Shown in pieces: positions 12,808 through 24,590 of a stretch of 64,000 nucleotides of DNA. The DNA comes from Phoronis australis. Taxonomy: Eukaryota > Animalia > Phoronida. Location of the stretch: assembly GCA_002633005.1 (NCBI GenBank), contig NMRA01000588.1, positions 1 to 64,000 of the forward strand, in the 5' to 3' direction. The notes under the pieces were generated by a model. That model was not told the DNA's origin and ran no database searches. It worked only from the letters and a program-made list of their open reading frames with translations. Numbering within the stretch: the stretch's first letter is position 1; every line of letters begins with the position of its first letter. The position numbers and the translations under genes were made by a program.

Positions 12808-13937
12808 CCATAAACCTCTGTCAATTGTTTCTTTAAAATTTGCCTCATGCAAACGAAAAGACTCGTTCATTATTTCGCATATGCGTTATTATGTACATGT
12901 ACATGTTTTAGCATGCCATTTACAGACACTTCTTATTTGGTTGAACGAAATTTGTACTACGGTATAAGTCCATGAAAAATATCACATTCTGGCTTACAAT
13001 CGCAACAATTTCAAATTTTCAGTACTTTTCCATACCTCAAAATTATCAGAAAGTGAAATGTTTACTTGAACAGCCGGATTCAAGCTGCTACAAGATTTCT
13101 GACCCACGTGCAATCTGAGCGGAAAGACTAACCAACATATATTCTCAGTGACATGGATTTGTGTCTTTTCTTTCAACACATTATCTTTAAGCATACATCA
13201 CAAACTATTTCATCTTTATGTATGTTGTATTGTCTTTAAGCTAATAGTTTAGTTGATCTTCATGTTCCTCAAAAATCCAAAACACGACATTATACTAATG
13301 GGATTAGTATATATGTTAGTTTTGATTGAACTCTTATGCTGCGTCTTGAACACAAAATATGTGTTGAAAGGAGAATAGTTGTCTTATTGGAAGTCAGTAT
13401 CCACGTCCCCGTTGCGTAAAAAGTTTTGCACGAGAGGGCAACAATGACATCGCATTATTGCGCCTCACGTTCATATTGTTGAGAAATACAGATGTCGTCA
13501 TGCAAAAATCAAAATCATGCAGTAGCAAATTTTTTAAAGCTTTTGTAACACCATAGACAAATTCCAAATTTGAATAAATTCGGAATCATATCTCATAAAT
13601 GGCTGATTGGATTCATTCGAAACTTTCATACACTACGCTTTACACACTGTTCACGAATACTCTGTCAGGAGTTGTTTTATAATGTTCTACTTTGTATGGG
13701 AGGTTATCAAAAATAGGACTTTCACGATTTTCATGAAAAAAATAAATTGCATAAAACGATCATTTTGCATTTGTTCCCTTTTCGAGGTAGTACAACACGA
13801 GAATAGTTCATAAAGATATCTTTGTTCATGAAAGTAACAACCCGTGATGAGGCAGGTGCAGCTCACCGTGTCTGGCAGAATGTGTTTCTAGCGCTAACTA
13901 CTATACAGGAAATATTATTGAATATGGAATCGGTCAC

Positions 13938-15656
13938 ATGTCCAGTTCTCAAAAGCAAGGCGTAATTACGTTAATCCCGAAAAGTAAGAAGTCCGAGGAA
14001 TTACTATCTTTAGATAATTGGAGACCTATCTCTCTTTTGAACTGTGACTATAAATTAATAACTAAAACAATCGCAAACAAAATATACAAATATATTGACA
14101 ATTTAATTCATCCAGATCAAACATCCCTGCCGAAACGTTATATAGGCCAGAATATACGTGTAGTTGACGATATGATTGAATTTTATAAAGAAAAGCACAC
14201 CCCCGGTCACATTGTATTCCTCGATTTCAAGAAAGCGTACGATACTGTAAAGTGGGAGTTTTTATTTCAATCCTTAAAAGCTTTCAATTTTGGTGACGTT
14301 TTTATCAATAGAATCCGTACATTGTATTCTGGAATTTCGTCATGTGTGATGAACAACGGATTTACATCACAGTATTTTAACATAGAGAAAGGCCTCCGAC
14401 AAGGAGACCCACTATCAAGTCCGCTGTTCGTCCTGTGTGCGGAAATTATGTCACATCATATCAGAAGCAATGAATTAATTAGAGGCTTCACAATAGCCAA
14501 TCACGAAATCAAAATTGCACAGTATGCAGATGATACAGTTCTTTTCATTAAAGACTTAGAATCTGGAAATAACTGTTTTAAATTTTTAGATTATTTTGGA
14601 ACATTATCTGGACTCCACTTGAATTATGAAAAATGCCAAGGGATGTTTGCCTCAACAATGCACCGAAATCGTAAACCACTTTACGGAATCAGCTGGCCCC
14701 AAAAGCCCATTAAAAGTCTAGGAATATTCTTTGGCGGAAGAGGGGATGACGCTGAAAAACTCAATTTTGATGATAAAATCCAAAAGCTTAAAGACCTGTT
14801 TAATATTTGGAAAATACGAAATTTGTCCATAAAAGGCAGAATCTTCCTTACGAAAACTTATGGTTTATCGAAACTCATTCATGTAGTGTCAACTGTGGGT
14901 ATCTCCAAAAAAAGAATTCGTGAAGTTAATAAACTTATCAGAGAATTTGTTTGGTTAAATAAACCTCCAAAAATTAAAGAAACTGTGACTATTTTACCAT
15001 ATCAAGAGGGTGGTTTGAAATATCCTAACATGGAACTGATCAAGTTAAACTTATTATTTAATTGGGTCAAGCGCTTTAATACAGAGGATGAGGCAAGTTG
15101 GAAGATATACCCGAGGCATCTTTTCAGTCGTATTGGCGGTGTCCTCATTTTTTCATCCAATTTTGAACTGAAAACCCTAAAATGCGAAATTAAGAACCCT
15201 TTTTACAAAGATGTTCTCTCAACCTTAGATATTCTTAATCCTGAAATATTTAATGAAGTACCAATAGCCAAACAAGTGATATGGAACAATTGTAACTTAA
15301 CTGTTAACGGTAAATCATTATTTTACCAAGATCTGTACAATGCAGGCCTCATATTTTGTGAAGATTTTTTAGATAGCCAGAACAAACTTCTTAAATGGGA
15401 AAGCATTAAGAAAAATTATAACTTAAAGGATACGTCTATCATACCATTTTATTCCACCACAACGACCTTGAAGAAAGTTCTGGGTCCGTCGGATAGAAGG
15501 ATTGTTAGTTGTAATAACATTAGATTTTTATTCTTCAATAGTTCCACTCCATGGATCAAAAACACATTTATTCACAAGTTTTCTGTAAAACCAGATAATT
15601 ATGCGTTTTTACTCAACTACTACATTTATTTATTTATTTATTATTGTGATATTTAA
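13938..15656 (+). CDS. LINE ORF2 reverse transcriptase (truncated, 572 aa)
   Basis: Motifs NWRPISLLNCDYK, FLDFKKAYDTV, KGLRQGDPLS, QYADDT, LSIKGRI and EGGL. The ORF ends inside an inserted repeat. Confidence 0.9.
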   Translation: MSSSQKQGVITLIPKSKKSEELLSLDNWRPISLLNCDYKLITKTIANKIYKYIDNLIHPDQTSLPKRYIGQNIRVVDDMIEFYKEKHTPGHIVFLDFKKAYDTVKWEFLFQSLKAFNFGDVFINRIRTLYSGISSCVMNNGFTSQYFNIEKGLRQGDPLSSPLFVLCAEIMSHHIRSNELIRGFTIANHEIKIAQYADDTVLFIKDLESGNNCFKFLDYFGTLSGLHLNYEKCQGMFASTMHRNRKPLYGISWPQKPIKSLGIFFGGRGDDAEKLNFDDKIQKLKDLFNIWKIRNLSIKGRIFLTKTYGLSKLIHVVSTVGISKKRIREVNKLIREFVWLNKPPKIKETVTILPYQEGGLKYPNMELIKLNLLFNWVKRFNTEDEASWKIYPRHLFSRIGGVLIFSSNFELKTLKCEIKNPFYKDVLSTLDILNPEIFNEVPIAKQVIWNNCNLTVNGKSLFYQDLYNAGLIFCEDFLDSQNKLLKWESIKKNYNLKDTSIIPFYSTTTTLKKVLGPSDRRIVSCNNIRFLFFNSSTPWIKNTFIHKFSVKPDNYAFLLNYYIYLFIYYCDI

Positions 15657-15830
15657 AATGAGGGTGGCCTCTTCAGTGACAGCACTGCTTTCCAAGAGGG
15701 CCCTCAACAAGAAAAACAGTAATATAATACAATGAAGTAATAAAACAACAATGAAATATACGTAACAAAGATACAATTAAAACAGTTAAGGTTGAGAATT
15801 AAGACAATAACTAAATGACAAATAATGGTA
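15624..15830 (-). mobile_element. 3' tail of an L2/CR1-type LINE or SINE inserted antisense into the L1/Tx1 ORF
   Basis: (TTTA)n at 15624-15640 is a (TAAA)n tail on the minus strand. It sits next to a GAGGGTGGCCTCTT...AAGAGGGCCCTC stem-loop-like segment typical of such 3' ends. It separates the RT from the zinc knuckle. Confidence 0.55.
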
Positions 15831-16668
15831 AAAAAACGCCGAAATTAAAGAAATATATAATCTCCCTTTTAATCTACCCATAAACCCTCATTTGTCAATG
15901 TTTAAATACTTTTTCAGTCACAAAAGAATTTATACAAACAAAATGTTAAAAAATATTTGGTATTTCACAAACAGACCAATGTCCCTACTGTGGCGAAGTC
16001 CAGACCTTTCAGCATACATGTATGTTTTACAGTTGCGTCTGTGTTAAACGTTTCTGGAATTCTTTACATCATTTCATAAGTAAAGTTTTTAATTTACACA
16101 CTGAGCCATCTATGTACCACTTCTTAGTTTGCTTCCTTGGCAATCTAAGTGAAATCTTCAATACCATATACACTCATGCCCAACATTATATTTATACATC
16201 ATCGAGAGATAGGTCTCAANNNNNNNNNNNNNNNNNNNNNNNNNNNNNNNNNNNNNNNNNNNNNNNNNNNNNNNNNNNNNNNNNNNNNNNNNNNNNNNNN
16301 NNNNNNNNNNNNNNNNNNNNNNNNNNNNNNNNNNNNNNNNNNNNNNNNNNNNNNNNNNNNNNNNNNNNNNNNNNNNNNNNNNNNNNNNNNNNNNNNNNNN
16401 NNNNNNNNNNNNNNNNNNNNNNNNNNNNNNNNNNNNNNNNNNNNNNNNNNNNNNNNNNNNNNNNNNNNNNNNNNNNNNNNNNNNNNNNNNNNNNNNNNNN
16501 NNNNNNNNNNNNNNNNNNNNNNNNNNNNNNNNNNNNNNNNNNNNNNNNNNNNNNNNNNNNNNNNNNNNNNNNNNNNNNNNNNNNNNNNNNNNNNNNNNNN
16601 NNNNNNNNNNNNNNNNNNNNNNNNNNNNNNNNNNNNNNNNNNNNNNNNNNNNNNNNNNNNNNNNNNNN

Positions 16669-17479
16669 GGGGGGGGTTGCTCAGATCCAATTTCAAGTGT
16701 CAAATTCGGAACGCGGCTTATTCGTAACAGAAGTATGGCTAAGTATAGGCTCTCCCGCGATATCCCAGGCGACCGGCAGTGGCGCTGCGCATTACGACTC
16801 CGTTTCCGTCGTCTGCTCCACTGTGCAATGAAGAAAATTTACTTCATTTTTTAAAGAAAATGGAACCTGAGTTACGATGAAAAAACAGAAGCTGCTGGTA
16901 AGTTGTGAATTTTAATCGAAATCTTAGTGAATCACTCAGAAACTCATAATTCTCTCTTTGTCAAACTGACTTAAGACGATTTCCTAAGCAAACCGTCATT
17001 ATTGCCAACACGAAAAACGGATTTGGTCTTTTGGGCATTTGAAGACTATTTTAAATACAACAAATTTGTTAAGAACCAATTGCACAAAATATAAAACGTG
17101 TAATAAGCATTACAAAAAGAAGTAGGTTTCGCGCGCGAACGCTGTGGACCATAAACAAGTAGGTCTCCTAGTATGAGATTAGCAGATAAGTGTTGTAGTG
17201 ATAACGCATGCGCGCGCTACCTGCCAGGTTGTGAGTTCGAGTCTCTGCTGCATGCAGTTTTTCTTGTTTGATACGTTGGATAATACTTCAGGAATCAAGG
17301 AAAATGCTTGATTTTTGGAGGAAAAAACAGAAAAATTTCCTTGGCGTGAGGGGGGCAAACCCCTCCCTCCCGACCTCCCCCCATTCGGTGCTATGCGCAC
17401 CTACAATCGTGGTTTGCGCAAATGCTTACAGCCGGACAAAATATTGGGCCCCCCTTGTGATATCCTAGATCCGCCACTG
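16669..17479 (-). mobile_element. Family A DNA transposon, copy 2 (inverted)
   Basis: Ends CCTAGATCCGCCACTG at 17479. Reverse-complement match to 5757-6350 and 21332-21931. Confidence 0.8.
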
Positions 17480-17841
17480 CTTTGTGACCCTTTCGTACTA
17501 GGACTGGTGATCATATAACGATAAAATTACGATTAATCGCAGGATTTATAAGTAGTTAAGTTTCATGAACTTCACACAATATATACGCTATATTACTCAC
17601 AGGCGTAGGACATTTTTTCGGTCGCTTAGATCTCGATCTGACGAGTAAACGATTCTTCGTAAGACTATCATTGAAGCTGTAAATTGGATTTGCACCCGGG
17701 AGTCGAATTGCGATAAACAGACAATTAGTTTTCATTCTCACACCCATGCAGTTCGATATTTGCCAGCACCATCTGCAGAGATACGAATAATTAGGATCAT
17801 CAATGATAATTGCGAATCATCATTTCGTAGAAATAACTGCA

Positions 17842-18123
17842 TGAGTCATGGAAAATTCGATCTCTCTGGCTGTTGGGAATTTTCCAAGGTGATCGACAAT
17901 AACTGATCACAATAACTGAATACGTTGTGCCTCCCACTCAAGTCACAAATGCTTGCAGATGCATATAGCAACACGAAGTGTACAGTGTATTGGCACAGGT
18001 TAGGAAATACCCATAATTCCGGTCCACGATCATACGATACTGAAAACAAACGATATTTCGGAATTTCCAGTTGCCCGGTCATTTTTTGCTATAAATACGC
18101 CTTCAGCAGAGTACAGTCACTTT
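17842..18123 (+). promoter_or_regulatory. Promoter of micropeptide gene B: AP-1 site, three kB-like sites, TATA, Inr
   Basis: TGAGTCA 17842-17848; GGGAATTTTCC 17875-17885; GGAAATACCC 18003-18012; CGGAATTTCC 18059-18068; TATAAATA 18090-18097; Inr TCACTTT with A at 18119. Confidence 0.65.
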
Positions 18124-18172
18124 TTTGTCCCGATTTCAGTTGTACTACGTCTGGAAACGTTTCACCGAACAG
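18119..18172 (+). other. Non-coding exon 1 of micropeptide gene B
   Basis: Runs from the Inr to a strong donor CAG|GTAAGG at 18173. Contains no ATG. Confidence 0.6.
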
Positions 18173-19155
18173 GTAAGGTCACTTTTATGCCAGATACACA
18201 AAGGTAAATCTCTTATAGGGTTAATTTTACTTTGTAACATTACTTTTAACTTCAATAAATGTTGATTAAACTAAAAAAACGTTAGAATAATCTTAATCTG
18301 CAGGTCAGATATTCTGTGTAGCTCTACTATAAAAACACGTGGTTTAGCATTTAATGTAATTATTAAAAATGAAATGTTTTCTTATTTCGTCTGTTTTGTA
18401 AAAATTCATAGTATTTCCACCGAAACGAAGGCAAGATTTTCAGTGTTACTTTTGCCGATAGCAGAGCATTTTCCGATTTCTTCGAAAAAATTGCCTACCG
18501 ATTGCTTAGACGACCGGCATGAATTTGTCATTTACACTGGACAGACGCTTGAATCGACTCATTATCCAGCCAGTCCAAACACCTCGTTTCCATACCACAT
18601 ATTCAGGTGAAGATAACTGAGCGCCGACTGATTTCCATATCAGACAAGCAGCGTAAAACCAGTTACGGTGAACCGATTTTTACGATTCGAACACCGATTG
18701 CGGTTACATTTTATGTTGTACGTATTTCTGGAATCAGTCGTTCTTAAAATGCAGTTTATACTGTAGGCAGAGTTGTTTACTACTGTTTTATCCGCAACGC
18801 TCCATGAACTTCAGCTCAGTGATGCACATCTTCTGAAGCTACTCACATTCACCTAGCGTTTACTTGGATGCCGTTAGCTACTTGGTATGAACCACAGGCG
18901 TCCCTAGCTCCCGATCGTCCCAATACACTATGTGTGACACTCGGGACCAGGAATTCCACGGGTTTTTCGCTTCAGCCGTCCATATTATCAAACACAAATC
19001 TTAATAAATTTACACAAAATAGGGATTCAACAAACCATGACCAATAGTTCGTTCTTCTGACAGTAGCAATTGCAGCGTCCTGCTCCACCGAGTTCGTAAC
19101 AAATTCGCGATCAAAACACAAAAATCTTCCCAAAAGGCTGATGCCGGCATAGGAA

Positions 19156-19754
19156 CTCGCTAGTTCCCTTTATGTGCCTAGCCAGCACGCAGGTATCACG
19201 CAGTGGCACGCACTTTAGCATTGGTTGATGCAACCTCAGCATGCAGTCATTGGTTAGCTTTACAACACTGTGAAAAAATGGCGGACTGTGAGCGATTTTT
19301 AGCCTTGTCATGCAAGTGGCGTCGCCGCAGCAACTATTTCGTTTCTGCAGTGATATTTATTAGCCGCGTGCTTGAAGCACATACATGTACATGTACAATA
19401 AACTCATATCTGGCCGATTTAAACGGTGTGCTGTTCATACTGTATGAATACAGGACAGTATCGTAAACAAAAGTCATCGACAGTAGAAAGATGCACTCCG
19501 AAAAGGCGCAAACACAATTTCTAGGATTCACATTTCCTGCACATGAATTTTAAGCACCGATTTGTCTGTACAAAAGACCACATTTACACTTCAGTCCATC
19601 AGTCATGCCAGTTTGTTTGCGTAAAGCGCTGCCTGTTGAGAATTCGACTACCCAATCAGAAACGCTGGTGTAAAATAAATTCCCGACTAGGAAAATTAAG
19701 TGATACCTGAGTTCTGGCTACCGACCTCCTAGCGGCACGCAGGGAACCAGCGAG
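19156..19754. mobile_element. Mutator-like MITE
   Basis: Imperfect TIRs of about 45 bp (CTCGCTAGTTCCCT...CAGGTATCAC / GTGATACCTG...AGGGAACCAGCGAG). Perfect 9-bp TSD GCATAGGAA at 19147-19155 and 19755-19763. Confidence 0.8.
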
Positions 19755-21003
19755 GCATAGGAACTCTTGTAAGACGAGTGAATTAGCACGGGAATTACCG
19801 TTTTGTCACGGATGGTCACGTAATCAATAAGTCATCGTAGAGCGATCGTAACCTTCCGTGATGAACCGGCAATTGCCGTTATCCATCCGTAATACATCGG
19901 GTAATCCGGTACTTGACCTCGAACCGAATATAAAGGGCTCAAAAAGTGCCGGAGTCGGATCCCACCCCAGAGCCACTTAGTCTATCTCCCGAGAGCAGAA
20001 AGTAATTACAAGGTTTTCGATATTCCACCCCGTTTGGCGTTCGTAAAACGGCGGCTACCAAAGATACAAACCCTGACTTCCCAAACCTGATCCCGCATAG
20101 TTTAGCCGTCTGGCGGCGGGCTCGTAGCCAATGAGGTAAAAGTTATTGGGGGGAGGGGGGAGNGGGGGGGGGGGGGTAATACCTGAGATGCAGCCATCAG
20201 GATTTGAACCGTGAACCAACAAAGTTTCACGGAGCCTGAGTAAGAATGTGTCTAGGGCCAGAGCACTGACGGATAGCTGGGTTTCAACAGTGGATTCGAT
20301 GAACTAGAGGTAGTCGCTGGTCAGCTCAGCTATGATTCACTTCAAAGTGAGACAGGCGACAGCTTAGCTCATACTTATTCCTCTGCGCTGGCTCTAAGGT
20401 CAAGATTCGTTTTATTATGATCAAGTTTCGGGAAAACTTCATTTTATCATTGCCATTTCGTGAAGGATTTTTTTGGAGAAGTGATGTCCAGAGGTCCCTG
20501 GTATGAGTGCCTTTGCTGCCGTTTCAAAATCCCTTGATGAAACACAGCCAGTAGTCCACTTTCTTATGACAGAGTATGTCCCAAAAAATGTACACACTTC
20601 AACTCTTGGAGTTCAAATTCAGCTCCCGTAGATCACTGAGATTCTGCGCAGACCCACTGCATAGTTACACCTTATTTTTATCGTGTGTGCGTCAGTCATG
20701 ACGTGCTCCGTGTGTGTAGTACGCACAGGAATGGAAAGCAAATGGTTCAGTTTTGAAGAAAATTCATTGCGAAATACTGTTGGAAACTAACAACATCAAG
20801 GAAGTGCAAAGAGAATCTTTCCCAGTTGATGAGCAATAAGTTAAATTTCATTTGTTTAAGTACTTAAACTTCTTCGATCTACGGTTTGTGAAATTAAAGG
20901 AGAATGCCATCCGGTCGACCTCACTTTGCCGAGAGGTGTCGCGTTAACCTGTGAGGAAGGTGAGAAGCGACGCAGCGACGTTAGTGGTTCGTCTGCAGAG
21001 TAA

Positions 21004-21270
21004 ATGCCGCTATATTGCGGTGCATCGGTTACCGCTTGTCCGAACTATGCAGCTGCGAAGAAAGCGGGTATATCGTTTTTTGAACTTCCTTGGGAGCTCG
21101 AAATGCTTAGGAAGTGGCTCGCGGTAGTGAACAGTGAAAGGTACGCTGTTAATAGTAAGTATGATGGCATGAGGCCGTGAAACATCTCCGTGTCTGTGGC
21201 CGGCATTTCGTCGACAGTGATTTCTCTGACGAATTCCGGCTTACCAAAGAACTATCCATATGTTCCGTTG
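21004..21270 (+). pseudogene. THAP zinc-finger relic (transposase N-terminus)
   Basis: MPLYCGASVTACPNY...GISFFELPWELEMLRKWLAVV..., then a frameshift/stop near 21180, then KHLRVCGRHFVDSDF. This is the C2CH THAP signature. Confidence 0.75.
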
Positions 21271-21331
21271 CCTATGCATGTTCACGGGGCCTCTTTAGTA
21301 TTTCTTGATTAGTGTATTCCGGTTCGAACTG

Positions 21332-21931
21332 CAGTGGCGGATCTAGGATATCACAAGGGGGGGNGAACAATTGTAGATGCGCATAGCACCGAATGGGGGG
21401 AGGTCGGGAGGGGGGTTTGCCCGCCCAGGAATTTTTTCTGTTTTTACCTCTAAAAATCAAACATTTTCCTTGATTCCTGAAGTATTATTCAAGAAAAAAA
21501 AAGGCAAAATAAAAAAACAAGAACGTGTCAAACAGGAAAAAAACTAGTAGTAGTACCAAAGACTCGAACTCACGACCTGGCGGTTAGCGCGCGCGTGCGT
21601 TACCATTACACCACCGCGACTTACCTTCTAATCCCTTACTAAAAGACCTACTTGTTTATGGTCCACAGCGTTTGCGCGCGAAACCTACTTCTTTTTGTAA
21701 TGCTTATTACACGTTTTATATTTTGTGCCATCAATTCTTAAAAAGTTTGTCGTATTTGAAATAGTCTTCAAATGCCCAAAAGACCAAATCCATTTTTCGT
21801 GTTGGCAATAATAACGGGATTGCTTTGGAAATCGTCTTAAGATAAGGTTTGTCAAAGAGAGTATTGCGAGTTTCTGAGTGATTCACTAAGGCTTCGATTA
21901 AAATTCACATCTTACCAGCAGCTTCTGTTTT
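21332..21931 (+). mobile_element. Family A DNA transposon, copy 3, nested in the Kolobok-like element
   Basis: Same CAGTGGCGGATCTAGGATATCACAAGGGGG start and body as 5757-6350. Runs into an N-gap. Confidence 0.8.
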
Positions 21932-23188
21932 NNNNNNNNNNNNNNNNNNNNNNNNNNNNNNNNNNNNNNNNNNNNNNNNNNNNNNNNNNNNNNNNNNNNN
22001 NNNNNNNNNNNNNNNNNNNNNNNNNNNNNNNNNNNNNNNNNNNNNNNNNNNNNNNNNNNNNNNNNNNNNNNNNNNNNNNNNNNNNNNNNNNNNNNNNNNN
22101 NNNNNNNNNNNNNNNNNNNNNNNNNNNNNNNNNNNNNNNNNNNNNNNNNNNNNNNNNNNNNNNNNNNNNNNNNNNNNNNNNNNNNNNNNNNNNNNNNNNN
22201 NNNNNNNNNNNNNNNNNNNNNNNNNNNNNNNNNNNNNNNNNNNNNNNNNNNNNNNNNNNNNNNNNNNNNNNNNNNNNNNNNNNNNNNNNNNNNNNNNNNN
22301 NNNNNNNNNNNNNNNNNNNNNNNNNNNNNNNNNNNNNNNNNNNNNNNNNNNNNNNNNNNNNNNNNNNNNNNNNNNNGTCTGTGGAAGGGGAACCCGACTT
22401 CGCGGCCGCCAACAAGTAAGTAGATTTCAGTTTCGTGGCTTATTCACATAAATAATTACGTGCACATTATTTCTTTGGCTCACTATTATAGTTTTTTTCG
22501 TGCCCTGGAGGTTTAGTTTCCAACTCAAGCTGGTTTCTGTTCGTGCCAGTACCGGCGGCCGCGACGGTCCTGATCGGGATTCCGAGCCACTGCGGGCCGA
22601 GATAAGTCAGTCCGGCCGTGACGGGACTGATCGGGTTCCGACCCATTGGCCGGGATAACAAGCGTTTTGTGTGTTTAGAACTCAAAAAATCACAAGTATA
22701 AACAACACAGATCTAGGTTTTCCTCTCTGTATTTCACGGAAGAATATTTCGAGTTTATCTCCGAACAGACCCCAAACTCTTGCTACGGACCTTGGTAATT
22801 GGGCTGCCGAACTTTGCCAGGCTACGGTGTGTCCAAATACCAGTAAATCCGTAACAGCGAAATAAAACAACACGTTTTTATAAGAGCTCGGTGTATTTTT
22901 AAGGGTTTTACATCGAAGTTTGATGATTTGTTGGTGTTAAACGATGAATTCTGAAGCGATAAGCTGACACCACTAACCCGTGTTGTGAACTGCTGAACAG
23001 ACTGCGTGTGAAACCAATTACGTCATTGGATAATTTCAACACGTTCGTCTGCCGTCAGGTGTCAGGTAACACAACCAAACCTGCCGTTATCGAGTAGAAC
23101 TAGTCGATCTAAATTGATACACATTAGGTTGTTTTTTGGGTGGCATTCTCCTTTAAACCCACTAATCTATTTCCTAAGTCAATAAACA

Positions 23189-23835
23189 GTCATTTGAATT
23201 GTGAGTAAATTTTAGGACACGTTGTTGAGCTGTCCGACATTCATCAATATCTTTGAAACTTCTTTCAGATAGACAAATCAAATCGATTAGTTTACTTTTA
23301 CATTTGGGGATCTGATGATAGATCGAATTTTCCCAATGTCCGCTTGCAACTAAGTTCGTTGAAGCATTGTCATTTCTTACAAGATTAGCTTTTAGTTGTA
23401 AAAATCATAAGTTAATCAACCCATTTTCGTAGATACATAAACAGGTAATTCAGAAACCAACAATCGAGTCCATAAGCAATACGTTTACCTTGAAATTAAT
23501 GACGTAATTCTTTTTGATCCCCTGTTAGTGAGTTAAAACGACAAATCTTGAACCGAAGTCAAAAAGCAATGCATTTATTGTCATTTGAATTGTTAGTAAA
23601 ATTTTGGGAATTCCCAAATTTCATCAATGTCTATGAGAGTTATTTTAGATAGGCAAGAAGCGTCCAAGTGCACTTTACTGTTTACTGGGGTTCGGATTTT
23701 AAAGTTTTTCCATATTCAGGCTTCAACTAAATTCAGTGAAACGTCATCATTTCTTAAAATATTAGCTTGTAATTGCCAAAAATCATCTATTAACCTGTCG
23801 GTTTTCGTAGATACACAAACATAAATCAGAAACCA
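23189..23835 (+). repeat. Diverged local direct duplication (about 270 bp x2)
   Basis: GTCATTTGAATTGT...TTTTCGTAGATACA...TCAGAAACCAA occurs at about 23189-23460 and 23580-23835. Confidence 0.6.
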
Positions 23836-24409
23836 AGGAATGATTTTTGACGGGTAACCCGGGGAACATGGGAGATGGGACATTCATAAGGTGTATTTGG
23901 GCTCATTTCCGAGGTACCTATAACGGTTCACGAGTTTAACTTGAACTCCAAAAATAAAGGCTGAAATATTAGTTTTTTATTGCGAGTATTCTGAGTACCC
24001 CCGTTCCCGTTCGACATGTATACGGTCATCACAAATCGTAGCCCCAGTCTTTTCGACATTTGCGAATTCATTACAAACAGTTCCTAGAAACGGCTTTCAA
24101 AAGAAATACTATTCTTGTGATACTATTGGAAAAAAATAACATTATTTATAACTAAACATCGAAAGTAGCCTTTTTGTGTAATTCACAAATAGTGATCTTC
24201 ACGTTCTTCTAAATTCCAACTTTTTGATAGTGGTCAATTCTATTGTATTTTTCACATTTTTGGTTGTTTGGGTCGAATGTTTTGAAATTGTTGCACGATT
24301 GTTTTGTGTTTTTGATGAATTTGGAATCTCAGCTTCCCTCGTGAATACTTTGCACTGTCGGATTTATATGTATAGAGGGATACCCGAACCGCCCCACTGA
24401 GAGGGGTTC

Positions 24410-24590
24410 CCGTCTGAAATGGGACACCTAATATGAAAGGCTACAAATCATTAAGCTTGGAAAAGAGTGACATTTCATTCCATTGTAGGGTGACCTTGCT
24501 AGAAGTGACTTTCCTCAGCATGAAAGCCGGCTGTACGATTTCACAAAAACAGGAAAATAGAGATAATCGATTCCAACATTGGGCCCTCTC
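24410..24590 (+). repeat. Dispersed repeat, second copy at about 43820-43990
   Basis: Shared TGACATTTCA.TCCAT...GGTGACC...TACGATTTCACAAAAACAGGAAA. Confidence 0.6.

Larger units (their letters stand above)
13919..16219 (+). mobile_element. 5'-truncated L1/Tx1-type non-LTR retrotransposon
   Basis: Begins where homology to 32498-32597 ends (GGAAATATT). Contains the RT ORF and a downstream CCHC-type motif CPYCGEVQTFQHTCMFYSCVCVKRFW at about 15980-16060. It has no endonuclease domain, and the 3' end falls in an N-gap. Confidence 0.9.
20898..23152 (+). mobile_element. Kolobok-like DNA transposon, internally degenerate
   Basis: TTAA|AGGAGAATGCCATCC ... GGGTGGCATTCTCCT|TTAA gives TIRs with a TTAA TSD and purine-purine termini. 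It carries a THAP relic and a nested family A copy. Confidence 0.75.
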
